From contig CM075991.1 of the NCBI GenBank assembly GCA_038087875.1, forward strand, positions 14,262,001 through 14,326,000: a stretch of 64,000 bases of DNA. Reading direction: 5' to 3'. The position numbers and the translations under genes were made by a program. Shown in pieces: positions 52,450-64,000 of the stretch. This DNA comes from Malacoraja senta. Taxonomy: Eukaryota. Under the pieces are notes generated by a model, which was not told the origin of the DNA, made no database searches, and saw nothing but the letters and a program-made list of their open reading frames with translations. Numbering within the stretch: position 1 is the first letter of the stretch; the number at the start of each line of letters is the position of its first letter.

Positions 52450-54555
52450 TTTTGTTAAATACATCAAGAATCTGTCAATCTCCACTTTAAAAATAGACTT
52501 GGTCTCCATGGCCCTCTGTTGCAATAAATTCCACAGATTCACCACCATCTCCTCCTCATCTCCTTTCTGAAGGTATATTATTTTTCTTCTGAGGCTATGG
52601 CCTCTGGACCCAGACACTCCGACTAGTGGAAAAACCTTCTCCACACCCACTCTATCCAGACCTTTCACTATTGGGAAGTTTCAATTACGTTCCCACTCAT
52701 CCTTTTAAAGTTCTGTGCGTACAGGCCATGTGCAGTCAAAAGCTCAGTATATGTTAACGCAATCATTCCTGGGATCATTCTCATAAACCTCCTCAGGACC
52801 CTTGCTCACAATACTCCAAATGCAGTCTGACCCGTGCCTTATAAAGCCTCAGCATTACATCCCAGTTTTTATATTCTAGTCCTCTCAAAATAAAGCATTT
52901 AGCCTCCTTACTACCGATTCAACTTGAAAATTAACTTTTGGGAATCCTGCACCAGCACTCCCAAGTCCTTTTGCACCTCTGATTTCAGAATTCTCTCCCC
53001 ATTTAGAAAATAGTCAACACCTTTATTCCTACTGCCAAAATGCACGACTCCACACTGTGGTACGCTGTATTCCAACTGCTACTTCTTTGCCCACTGTCCT
53101 AACCTGTCCAAGTCCTTCTGCAGAGTCCCTGCATTCTCTACACTACCTGCTCCTCCACCTACCTTTGTTATCATCTGCAAACTTAGCCACAAAGCCTTCT
53201 GTTCCCTCATCCAAATCATTGCTATACAACGCGAAGAGTAGCGCCCCCGACACTGACCCATGCGGAACTCCGCTAGTCACTGGCAGCCAAACAGTAAAAG
53301 CTCCCTTTATTACCACTCTTTGCCTTCTGTCATCCAGCCAACCTGCTATCCATGCTAGCATCTTCCCTATGATACCTTGGGTTTTCATCTTCTTTAGCAG
53401 CCTCACATGCGCACCTTATCAAAGGCCTTCTGAAAATCCAGGTAAACAATATCCACTGACTCACCTTTGTCTATCTTGCTATTTATTTCCTCAAAGAATT
53501 CCAACAGGTCTGTTCAGCAAGATTCTCCCTTTTAAGTACTCAGAAACCTCATAGTTTATAATGGACTCTAAAATCTTACCAACCACTCAAGACAGGTTAA
53601 CTAGCCTATAGTTTCCACTCTTCTGCTTCGTTCCCTTTTTGAACAGCGGAGTAATATTTACAATTTTCCAATTGTCTGGAACCACCTCTGACTAGTCATT
53701 CTTGAAAGATCACTACTAATGCTTCCACAATCTTTAAAGCCACATCTTTCAGAACTCTGGGGTGCGGTCCAACAAATCCAGGTGAGTTATCCACCTTTAG
53801 ACCTTTCAGCTTGCCAAACAGCTTCTCCTTACTAATAGCCACTCCACCAACTTTCACCGCCTGACTCTCTTGAATTTCAGGCACGTTGTGAGCTACTTCC
53901 ACTATGAAGACTGATGCAAAAAAACCATATTCAATTCAGCCATTTCTTTATTCCACATTATCACTTCTCTAGCATCATTTTCCAGCGGTCCAATGTCCAC
54001 TCTTGCCAGATAGACACAAAAAGCTGGAGTAACTCAGCGGGACAGGCAGCATCTTTGGAGAGGAGGAATAGACAATAGGTGCAGGAGTAGGCCATTCGGC
54101 CCTTTGAGCCAGCACCACGGGTGCTGGTTGACATTTCAGGTTGAGACCCTTCTTCAGACTTTAGAGATGCTACCTGTCCCGCTGAGTTACTCCAGCTTTT
54201 TGTGTCTATCTTCAGCTAAAAACCAGCATCTGCAGTTCCTTCCAACACATTTTATCCACTCTTGCCTCTTCCTTACTCATTTTGTATCTGAAGAAACTTT
54301 TGCTATCCTCTTATATGGACTTTCTGTTGCTTTTTTAAAAGGCTTCACAATCCTCTAGCTTCCCACGCATCTTTGCAATGTTATGTGCCTTCTATTTATG
54401 TTTTATGCTGTTTTCGATTTCCCTTGTCAGCCACGGTCGCCTCATTCTCCCCTTAGAATCTTTCTTCCTCTTTGGAATGAAAAGATGCTGCACCTTCCAA
54501 ATTATTCTCAGAAATTCCTGCCATTGCTGTTCCAAAGCCATTCCTGCTAGGGTCT
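52450..54555 (-). mobile_element. Old degraded CR1
   Basis: GLKVDNSPG..HPRVLK, GVPHGSV, KFADD fragments; many disablements; Penelope module inserted at ~54010-54245. Confidence 0.85.
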
Positions 54556-55521
54556 GAGTCAGCGTGGATATACAAAGGGGAAATCATGCTTGACTAATCT
54601 TCTGGAATTTTTTGATGATTTAACTAAGAAAATGGAAATGGAGAGCCAGTGGGTGTAGTGTACCTGGACTTTCAGAAAGCATTTGATAATAGGAGATTAG
54701 TGGGCAAAATTAGAGCACATGGTAGGATGCTGACATGGATAGAAAACTGGTTGGCAGACAGGAAACAAAGAGTAGGGATTAATGGGTCCCTTTAAGAATG
54801 GCAGGCAGTGACTAGTGGGGTACGGCAAGGCTCGGTGCTGGGACCGCAGCTATTTACAGTATACTTAAATGATCTAGATGAAGGGATCAAAAGTAGCATT
54901 AGCAAATTTGCAGATGACAAAATGCTGGGTGGCAGTGTGGACTGTGAAGAGGATGCTATGAGGATGCAGGGTGACTTGGACAGGTTGGGTGAGTGGGCAG
55001 ATGCATGTCAGATGCAGTTTAATGTATCCATTTTTGTGGCAAAAACAGGAAGGCAGATTATTATCTAAATGGTGTCAAGTCGGGAAAAGGGGAAGTACAA
55101 CGGGATCTGGGGGTCCTTGTTCATCAGTCACTGAACGTAGGCATGCAGGTATAGCAGGCAGTGAAGAAAGCGAATGGCATGTTGGCCTTCATAAGAAGAG
55201 GAGTTGAGTACAGGAGCAAAGAGGTCCTTCTGTAGTTGTACAGGGCCCTAGTGAGATCACACCTGGAGTATTGTGTGCAGTTTTGTCTCCAGATTCTTGC
55301 TATTGAGGGAATGCAGCGTAGGTTCACCAGATTAATTCCCGCGAGGGCTGGACTGTCTTATGTTGATAGAATGGAGCGGCTGGGCTTGTACACTCTGGAA
55401 TTTAGAAGGATGAGGGGGGATCTTATTGAAACATGTAAGATTATTCAGGGTTTGGACACACTAGAGGCAGGAAACATGTTCCCGATGTTGGGGGAGTCCG
55501 GAACCATGGGCCACAGTTTAA

Positions 55522-56655
55522 AACCCCTGTCTCATGGTGCGAGCTGACCCACGAGGTACCCCGAGCTTAAAACAAATTTAAGTCGTGGTAATCACGTACG
55601 ATTAACGTAGCGGGAACGTCGAAACTCGTGGACGCAACTTAGTGACTCTTGGCGCTAACGGCAGGTACCCGTGACACTTGTTAATCTTGGAAAAATTCAA
55701 ACATGTTTAAACTTTTCCACGAGTAAAATGTACTCTTGAGGTTGAAATTTGAAACATTTAAACACGTTGTAAGAACGTAGTGGCCCGTGCGTTTACCTTA
55801 GTGACTCGTGAGTCTACCATGGGAATTCTTTAACTCAGCGGGCAGGCAGCATCTCTGGAGATAAGGAATGGGTGATCGGATGACATTTCCAAATTTAGGG
55901 GGGCGGGGGTGGGAGGAAGGTGGAGGAGAGAGGGTGGAGAGTGGAGGGAGAGGAGGGGGAGACAGATGGGGGTATTTTCCTTCACTGGCGGCGGGTGCCT
56001 GTCACTGAAATAGGCAGGTGAGATTTAACATCCACCTTGTGTGTGTGTCTCTCTCTCTCCCTCCCTCTCACACAGGCTGAGAGACTCTGCCTCTGTGAGT
56101 GTACGTCTCTTTCTCCCTCTCCCACACACAGTAAGACCGAGGTAAGTCCATCTGTTTCCCACATACACAGTAAACTGTGCTTTGCGTGTGTATATACACG
56201 TCTCCCCCCATTTCTCTTTCTCCCCCCCACCTCTCTTTCTCCCCCCCCCACCTCTCTCTTTCTCCCCCCACACACAATAAGCCGATGTATTCTGCTTAGT
56301 CTCTCTTCCCTCCCACACACACACAGGTAGACCGAGGTCCTGTGCGCTCTTTCTCTCTCCCCCAGTCATGCCGAAGTACACCACACTGCCTCTGTGCCTC
56401 GCTCTCTCCCCCTCTCTCCTTCATACAGTCAGAGGTTCACACTGTCTCTGTCTCTCTCTCTCCCCCCTACACACACACAGACTGAGGTACACACTGCCCG
56501 TTGTGTGTGTGTGTCTGCCTCTGTCTCTCTCTCCCACACACAGTTAAAGGTACTCCACGCTGCCTGTGTGTGTGTGTCTCTCTCTCTCTGTCCCACCCCC
56601 CCACACACACAGAGAGTGAGTGAGTGAGTGAGTGAGTGAGTGAGTGAGTGAGTGA

Positions 56656-56724
<69 letters not shown>

Positions 56725-57501
56725 TCTCTCTCTCTCTCTCTCTCTCCCTATCACAGTCAGAGCGAGGCGCATCTGCCTCAGGCAATCAGACAGGACTCCG
56801 GTGGCGGGCTCCATGCACAGCTCCTGCCGGCCGGCTGGGAGCGGCGACGGAGGACAGGGGGAAGTTGGCCACCAGCGGGGCAGTCTCGGCTCTCCATGCA
56901 GTCCGAGTCTCGCTCCCTCTGTCAAATGGGTGAGTTTAACCTGACCCCCCCCAACCTCCCTCCACCTCAACTCACGCCTGGGCACCAAAGCAGCTCAGGA
57001 GGCGAACCCTCAGCTCCGTCTCCCAACAATCTGATGTGCGCATCCGTGCACATTCAAAGATTTCATCTCCAGTCTCCCCGCAGTGTGTAGACCTGGCAGT
57101 AAATTCAATTAAAATATAGCAAACCTCCGCCTGCTGGTCTTCTAACTACGTGATGTGTGTTTCAAACAAATCATCAGTATAACTACTCTGGCAGTGGACG
57201 GTGCGCATTTTCCCTTTGTAGGTCACATCAATAGATGCAGCCTTCAAAGCCGCAGGATGGAGATGTTGCTTATTAAAACAGACCTTCATTGAAGGTTGGC
57301 TCAAGAGTAACTCGGGAAAGGAACTTGTTAACTCGGGAGACGAACTTGGAACATCGCAGAAATGACAGTTAACGGCAAACTTGAGTCATACCCGTGGGAA
57401 CTCGGTTAAACTCTTGATCATACACTTGGAATCTCATGCACAACCACGAGTCTTTCGCTCGGGGTACCTCGTGGGTCAACTCACACCGTGAGACAGGGCT
57501 T
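55522..57501. mobile_element. Non-autonomous PIF/Harbinger-type element (~2 kb)
   Basis: TAA TSD at 55519-55521 and 57502-57504; ~45-bp TIRs AA(C/G)CCCTGTCTCA..GACCCACGAGGTACCCCGAGC. Confidence 0.85.
56616..56746. repeat. (GAGT)n-(GT)n-(CT)n compound microsatellite
   Basis: Direct reading. Confidence 0.95.
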
Positions 57502-59997
57502 TAAGAATAAGGGGTAAGCCATTTAGAATGGAGATGAGGAAAAACTTTTTCACACAGAGAGTTGTGAGTCTGTGGAATTCTCTGCCTCAGAAGGTGGTGG
57601 AGGCCGGTCCTCTGGATGCTTTCAAGAGAGAGTTTGATAGAGCTCTTAAAGATAGCGGAGTCAGGGGACATGGGGATACTGATTGTGAATGATCAGCCAT
57701 GATCACATTGAATGGCAGTGCTGGCTCGAAGGGCCGAATGGCCTACTCCTGCACCTAATGTCTATGGTAACATTCACCACAAAACAGTAAAAACAGTATA
57801 ATTTTCAACTTTCCTTGAGAGAGGTTCTCAAAGATTCTCAGAAAAAGCAAGTCAGGATCAATCATGCAATCTTGTGAATAAGAAATAAGCAGAGCTTAAA
57901 GGCAATGGATACTGGTACAAATGATCTTACTTCAACTAATGGTTAGCATAGCCATCCATCTCTCTCTTACATCAAAGACCAGACATTTAGCTACAGACCT
58001 TCATTTATATTATTAATCTGCTTTTCAAGTGGCTGTATAAATTCACTGCAACAATGGAAAAGATGTAAAATACAGCCAGCCCCCAGGTTACAAAGCACCT
58101 GATTTGCAGAGAGCTGATTTACACAAATTCTCCCATGTCAAAAATAAACAGCTTTGAACAAAAGTCATTCCAACCCACAAAGAACACTGAACTTTTTCCT
58201 CAGTTCTCGGGAAGATAACCCTTACATAACTGTACTCCAGTGATAAAATGTATAGTTATCTGTGGCTGCCTGACAAATAAACATCTTTGAAAATTCTAAG
58301 TTCTACTTGTTTTATGCTTTTGAAATCAAGCAGATTTTATCTCTGTAAAATTAAACCTTAAAACCTTTTTCAATTTTATAAACTTCTATAAAGTCAACTC
58401 TCATCCTCCAACGCTTCAGCAGATACAATCCAAGTTTGTCAAACCTCTCCTCATAGCTAATATTCTCTAAACCATGCAATATCCTGGTAAACCTCTTCTG
58501 CACTCTCTCCAGAGCACCCACATTTCTCTTCTAATGCGGTGGCTAGAACTGCACACAGTACTCATTTGGTCTAACCAAAGTTTTATACAAATGTAAACAC
58601 AAGAGACTGCGGATGCTGGAATTTTGAGAAAAAACAGTGCTGGAGGAACTCAGTAGATCGAACAGCATTTGTGGTGGGAATGGACAGGCAATGTTTCAGG
58701 TCGGGACCTTTCTGCAATCTGAAGAAGGATCCCAACCCGTAAAGCATCTATCCTTTCATAGATGCCTGACCCACTGAGTATCTCCAGCACTTTTGTTTTT
58801 TTTGCTTTTATACAACTGTAACAGGATTTCCCAACGCTTTAATCAGCATCCCAATGATGACGGCAAGATTGCCACATGCCTTATTTACCACCCTATTTAC
58901 TTGTGCAGATGCTTTCACGGAGCTACAGACTTGCTCCACAAAGAGCACTGTACATCAAAGTTCCTAAAAGTCCTACAATTTATTGTATACTTTCCTCTTG
59001 CATTTGACTTCTTAAAGTGCATTTTTACACCTTACACTTTTCCAGGTTAAACTCCTTCTGCCATTTATCTGCCTACATTTCCAATTGCTTTATATCCTGC
59101 TGTATCATGACAGACTTCTCAACCATCCATAACTCCACCAATGTTTGTGTCACCTGCAAACTTACGTATCCGCCCACCTACATTTTCATTCAAATCATTT
59201 ATATATAAAATCGCAAACAACTACGATCCCAGCACAGATTCATGTGGAATACCAGTGGTCGCACTCTTGCACGCTGGAAAGCAAATGGGATAGGGTAATC
59301 AGCTCGATAAATAAAGGGTTGTCTTGTTTACCCTTATTTTCTGATTGAAATTATTTACCTCACTGATTACATCTCATTGGACTCAAGCATATAATCTAAT
59401 ATGACACTAATTGCTATATCGAGGGAGCATTGCATTACGAGATCCCATTTCTCAAATGAAACCTAAAACACAGTTCGTCCTGCCTTCTTAGAAGAAGAGC
59501 ATAAAAAGGCTGACAAACTAAATCAGCAAGTCGTAATAGAAACAAGGAAACACAGATGCTGTTTTATTTTAAAAAGTCTCTCACTTCCTTTGGGACAATA
59601 CTATGTAAAAATCCCTGACAGTTTTCCCACCTTTCCAACAGTGGTTGTTTTTTCAAAGTTCTTTGATAGGTTTTTAAATATTCAGGGGCATCCCAAGAAT
59701 GTGAAGGGCAAAATACCAAGCTGGCATAAATAAGGTGCTAAGAACTGCCTTTGTTTGCTCTCACTAAACATCAAAGCGTTTCTGCTGTAGCCTGTACACG
59801 CCTCTCACACATTCGGTTGCACTGAAGATGAAAATAGCTAAAAATAAAAATATGTTCCCTCTAGAATGAAACCTGTCTGAACCAATAGTCTGAAGTTTAA
59901 TGGTGTAATTCCTTTAACAGTTGAACCATCAAGGATTCTTAAAAGGAAGCATATGTCTGGGGGAAACAAGGATTATTTTCTTTTCTTTTCAAAGAGA

Positions 59998-61495
59998 TCA
60001 GTTAGCCTGATATCGGTAGTGGGGAAGATGCTCGAGTCAACTATTAAGATGTAATAGCAGCGCATTTGGAAAGCAGTGGCAGGATGGATTTATGATGGGG
60101 AAATCATGCTTGACTAATCTGCTAGATGATTTTTTGAGGATGTAACAAATAAAATGGATAATGGAGAGCCAATGGATGTGGTGTATCTGGACATTCAAAA
60201 AGCCTTTGACAATGTTCCACACAAGAGATTAGTGTGCAAAATTAGAGCACATGGTATTGGGGGTAGGATATTGACATGGATAGAGAACTGGTTGGCAGAC
60301 AGGAAGCAAAGAGTAGGAATTAATAGGTCCTTTTTAGAATGGCAGGCAGTGACCAGTGGAGCGCCGCAAGGCTCTGTGCTGGGACCCCAGTTATTTGCAA
60401 TATATATTAACGATTTAGACGAAGGAATTAAATGTAACATCACCAAGTCTGTGGATGATACAAATCTGGGGTGAGCTGCGATGAGGATGCTATGAGGTTG
60501 CAGGGTGACTTGGATAGGTTGGGTGAGTGGGCAGATGCATGGCGGATGCAGTATAATGTGGATAAATGTGAAGTTATCCATTTTGGTGCAAGAACAAGAA
60601 GACAGATTATTATCTGAATTGTGTAAGAAAAAAACTGCAGATGCTGGTTTAAATCAAAGGTAGACACAAACTGCTGGAATAACTAAGCGGGACAGGCAGC
60701 ATCTCTGGATAGAAATAATGGGTGACGCTTTGGGTCAAGACCCTTCTTCAGACTTGTGTCAGATTAGGAAAAGGGAAGGTGCAATGAGACCTAGGTGTCA
60801 TTGTACATCAGTCACTGAAAGTAAGCATGTAGGTACATCAGGCAGTGAAGAAAGCTAATGGCATGTTGGCCTTCATAACGAGAGGATTTGAGTATAGGAG
60901 CAAAGAGGTCCTACTACAGTTGTACAGGGCCCTGATGAGACTGTAACTGGAGTATTGTCTGCAATTTTGGTCTCCTAATTTGGGGAAGGACATTCTTGCT
61001 ATTGAGAGTGCAGCATAGGTTCACCAGATTAATTACCGCGATGAAAGAATATGATGAAAGAATGGATTGATTGGGCTTATATTCACTGGAATTTAGAAGG
61101 ATGAGAGGAGAACTTATAAAAACATATAAAATTCTTAAGGGATTGAACAGGCTAGATGGAGGAAAAATGTTCCCCATGTTGGGGGAGCAGAACGAGCAGT
61201 CACGGTTTAAGAATAAGGAGTAGGCCATTTAGGACTGAGACGAGGAAAAACGTTTTCACCCAAAGAATTGTGAATTTGTGGAATTCTCTGTTATGGAAGG
61301 TAGTGGAGGCTAATTCACTGGATGTATTCAAGAGAGAGGGTAGATATAGCTCTAAGGGCTAACAGAATCAAGGGATTTGGGGAGAAAGCAGGACCAGGGT
61401 ACTAATTCTGAATGATTAGCCATCATCATATTGAATGACAGTACTGGCTCAAAGGGCCGAATGACCTACTCCTGCACCTATTTTCTATGTTTCTT
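59998..61495 (+). mobile_element. Degraded CR1 (RT to tail) with a minus-strand Penelope module at ~60625-60755
   Basis: [23 protein letters not shown]1 3' UTR. Confidence 0.88.
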
Positions 61496-62571
61496 CCTTT
61501 TCAATATTCATTGGTTTGTTTAGGAAAAGGAAACAGCTTCCATGTCAATAAAATTATGGCCTTTGCACAGATTGTTTTCATTGCTATCTTTAATGGAGGA
61601 TCATAAGGTCATAAGGAATAGGAGTAGAATTAGGTCATTCATCCCATCAAGTCCCATTCAATCATGGCTGATCTATCTCTCCCTCCTAACCCCATTCTTC
61701 TGCCTTCTCCCCATGACCTCTGACACCTGTACAAATCAAGAATCTATCTATTTCTGCCTTAAAAATATCCACTGACTTGGCCTCCAAAGCCTTCTGTGGC
61801 AAAGAATTTTCCAAATTCACCACCCTCTGACTAAAGAAATTTCTCCTTCCTAAATCTTCCTAAATAAACATCCTTTAATTCTGCGGCTATGACTTTATAG
61901 TTTAGTTTAGTTTAAAGATACAGCGAAGAAACAGGCCCTTCGGCCCACCAGATCCGTGCTGACCAGTGATCCCTGCACATTAACACTGCCCTATCCCCAC
62001 TAGGGACAATTTTTACATTTACCAAGCCAATCAACCTACAAACCTGTACGCCTCTAGTCCTAGACTCTCCCACGAGTGGAAACATCCAATCACAAATTTT
62101 GACTGCACCATCCTTTAGATTAAAAAAAAACAACTTGTACTATGTCCAGAACTACAGGCACCCAGTGGTCTGAAAAAGAAAATTGCTCGCAGCATGCATC
62201 ATTTATGCACTGTCAGAACTTTATAAATGAGTATTGCTGTACTTTACTCAGCATTGAGAATTCACGACTTCCATCAGTCATTGTATACATTTCCACCAGA
62301 TGAAGGATGAGAATGGAAACAAGACATGCAAAAATGGGTGCATAAAAATGAGAGCCATAATCATATATTTATACATATTAGAATGTATTGCATACTTGAA
62401 CTTTGACAGAAAAAAATGAGCAGTTAAAATTAGCCTGACAAAGAACATGCAATTAGTTTTAAAAACAGCATCATGTGACTAACACAGAATTATAAGAGTG
62501 CATTAGACAAGGTTTCAAATGCAACAGCTCAGTAATATAACTGATCTTAATATGATGGTTGTCCATCTTAC

Positions 62572-62618
62572 CTTGATCTGGCCATAGAGGCGAATAGGGA
62601 ATAGTTGAAATAAGCCAT
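62572..62618 (-). CDS. LETM2: LETM2 first coding exon (47 nt CDS; exon 62572-62623)
   Basis: tttacag|aagacATG MAYFNYSLFASMARS(R)|gtaaga; length and phase match the next exon and the recalled human start MAFYSYNSVLAIARTR. Confidence 0.85.
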
Positions 62619-63476
62619 GTCTTCTGTAAACAGAACATGTGACCCATAAATGATATATTTAGAAAAGATCTATGTGAATTAATTCTAAAATTCAATAGAT
62701 ACACCAATAATAGGTTTAGGCAATATTCTATTTAAGACATTGTTTTAACCTGTACATGGTTAGAAATTTGGTACAATATTTTATTCATTCTAAATATGAA
62801 CCATGACTATAGAAGCAACATATATATTTTATAGTCCTGCTTCTTAAACACAAATTCAGCATAAAAACACATAGCCCAAATGTACAATGAAGTGTATTAT
62901 TATTATTACTGCATAATGCACAAAGAACCACAGAGTTGTAACTTCATCCTGTACAATTAACAGGCACTCGTTATACAGAGTGAAACAAAGTAAGAGTTTC
63001 CTAATAATTCTCTATCACAACCCAGAGATTCACCTGCAGAATCTGCATGAAAGGTAGGACAGAAGTGACGCTATATCAAGTAAATTGTACCTAATATCAT
63101 TAGTAAAGAGCAGAGAAAAAAATTAAAATAGTTAAAACATAATATTTTAAACTCTAAATATTGAAAATCATTGATTAAAAATAGCAAATTAAGAAATTAG
63201 GTTTAAACTTGAATTTGTTATATGGCCAGTATTTGAAAAAAAATAACGTTCAGGAGGGCTGATTCTACAATCAGACAATTGTGGCAAAATTGTATCTCCT
63301 GATGTTAATTCATTACCAATTATTATTAACGCCTGTAACTTCTCCGAATCAGCTATATCAATAATTACTTAAAAATGAAGAAAATTCCTAAATACTTTGC
63401 CTCTGTAAGGCAGTATTCACCCAATTCACCCAAGTGAATTTACAACATTTTGTAGTTCACAATAGCAATGGTATAC

Positions 63477-64000
63477 ACTTCCGGTGGCGCTATGGAGGCT
63501 TGAGTCCAGCGCCAACTAGCTCCGTGCCGAAGAAAATTGAAAACGGGAGAAAATCGGGTCTTACCTGCAGCGATCGCGATCTGAACGGCTGCCTGCCGCG
63601 TGACGTCATCAGGAGCGCGACTTGGACGGTATGTCGTTACAACGTTCCCCCACCCCCCGTGGGACACAAAAAAAAACGCCTAAAGGGAAACCCCCACCGA
63701 TGGAAGAGGAAGGCCCAACTGAGGCCTCAGTTACAATGACTGCCCAGGAAGACCTTCCGAAGAAAACAAAGCAGAAAAAGACTGAAATGGAAGATCTTAA
63801 AGCTTTTCTCGCTGCTGAATTGAAAACCTTTGGAGTGAATTTTAAAGAGGATTTTAAAGAGGAACTTAACTCTTTTAAGGTAGATTTTAAAGCAGAAATG
63901 CTTTCTACCGTTCAAGAAATACTGGAAGTCTGGAAGAGGTCGAGGGAGGAGGAGGTCAAGGAACAGATGGAAGTGCTGGAAGCAAGGCTCGTTTCGGTGG
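63477..64000 (+). mobile_element. Probable L1-type LINE 5' end: CpG-rich 5' UTR plus ORF1 start (ATG 63631, open to window end)
   Basis: Abrupt AT-to-GC switch at ACTTCCGG; open frame MSLQRSPTP...MEDLKAFLAAELK...FKEEL...EQMEVLEARL with coiled-coil character. Confidence 0.6.

Larger units (their letters stand above)
54575..57768 (+). mobile_element. CR1 3' part split by a Harbinger element
   Basis: KGKSCLTNL...FADD; CACAGTT|TAA...TAA|GAATAAGG resumes exactly. Confidence 0.88.

Noticed and set aside
52450..55518. Single CR1 with a twin-priming inversion
   Set aside because: The two arms overlap in RT content and differ in subfamily and age, so they are independent insertions
62471..62503. Minus-strand MHSYNSVLVT*, matching SYNSVL in the recalled human LETM2 N-terminus
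   Set aside because: Ends in a stop with no donor. The exon at 62572-62623 has an acceptor, ATG, correct 47-nt length and a GTAAGA donor. Probably coincidence, though a decayed duplicate cannot be excluded.

Overview
Vertebrate genomic DNA, very probably a cartilaginous fish (skate/ray), inferred from HE1/V-SINE-type SINEs and their CR1 partner LINEs. The window holds two convergent genes. The last four exons and 3' UTR of FGFR1 lie on + (1305-~8300). An apparently complete LETM2 CDS lies on - (9 coding exons, 62618->40910, ~457 aa, all GT-AG and in phase). About 31 kb of mostly repeat DNA separates them. Repeats include CR1 (one near-intact ORF2), L1/Tx1, L2, Rex/Babar, Penelope-like remnants, tRNA-derived SINEs, a full Tc1 IR/DR transposon, hAT and Harbinger MITEs, and an unclassified GC-rich family. 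Most notable: (1) many short Penelope-derived modules carry a minimal type-I hammerhead-ribozyme-like core (CTGAAGA-A-GGGTCtcGACCC-GAAACGTC), often as inverted pairs; (2) a probable L1 5' end has an antisense consensus splice donor ~0.94 kb upstream of the LETM2 start-codon exon; (3) the unclassified family has a conserved, covarying RNA hairpin. Repeat boundaries are read by eye and approximate unless a TSD is given. Comparisons with human proteins are from recall, not from a search.
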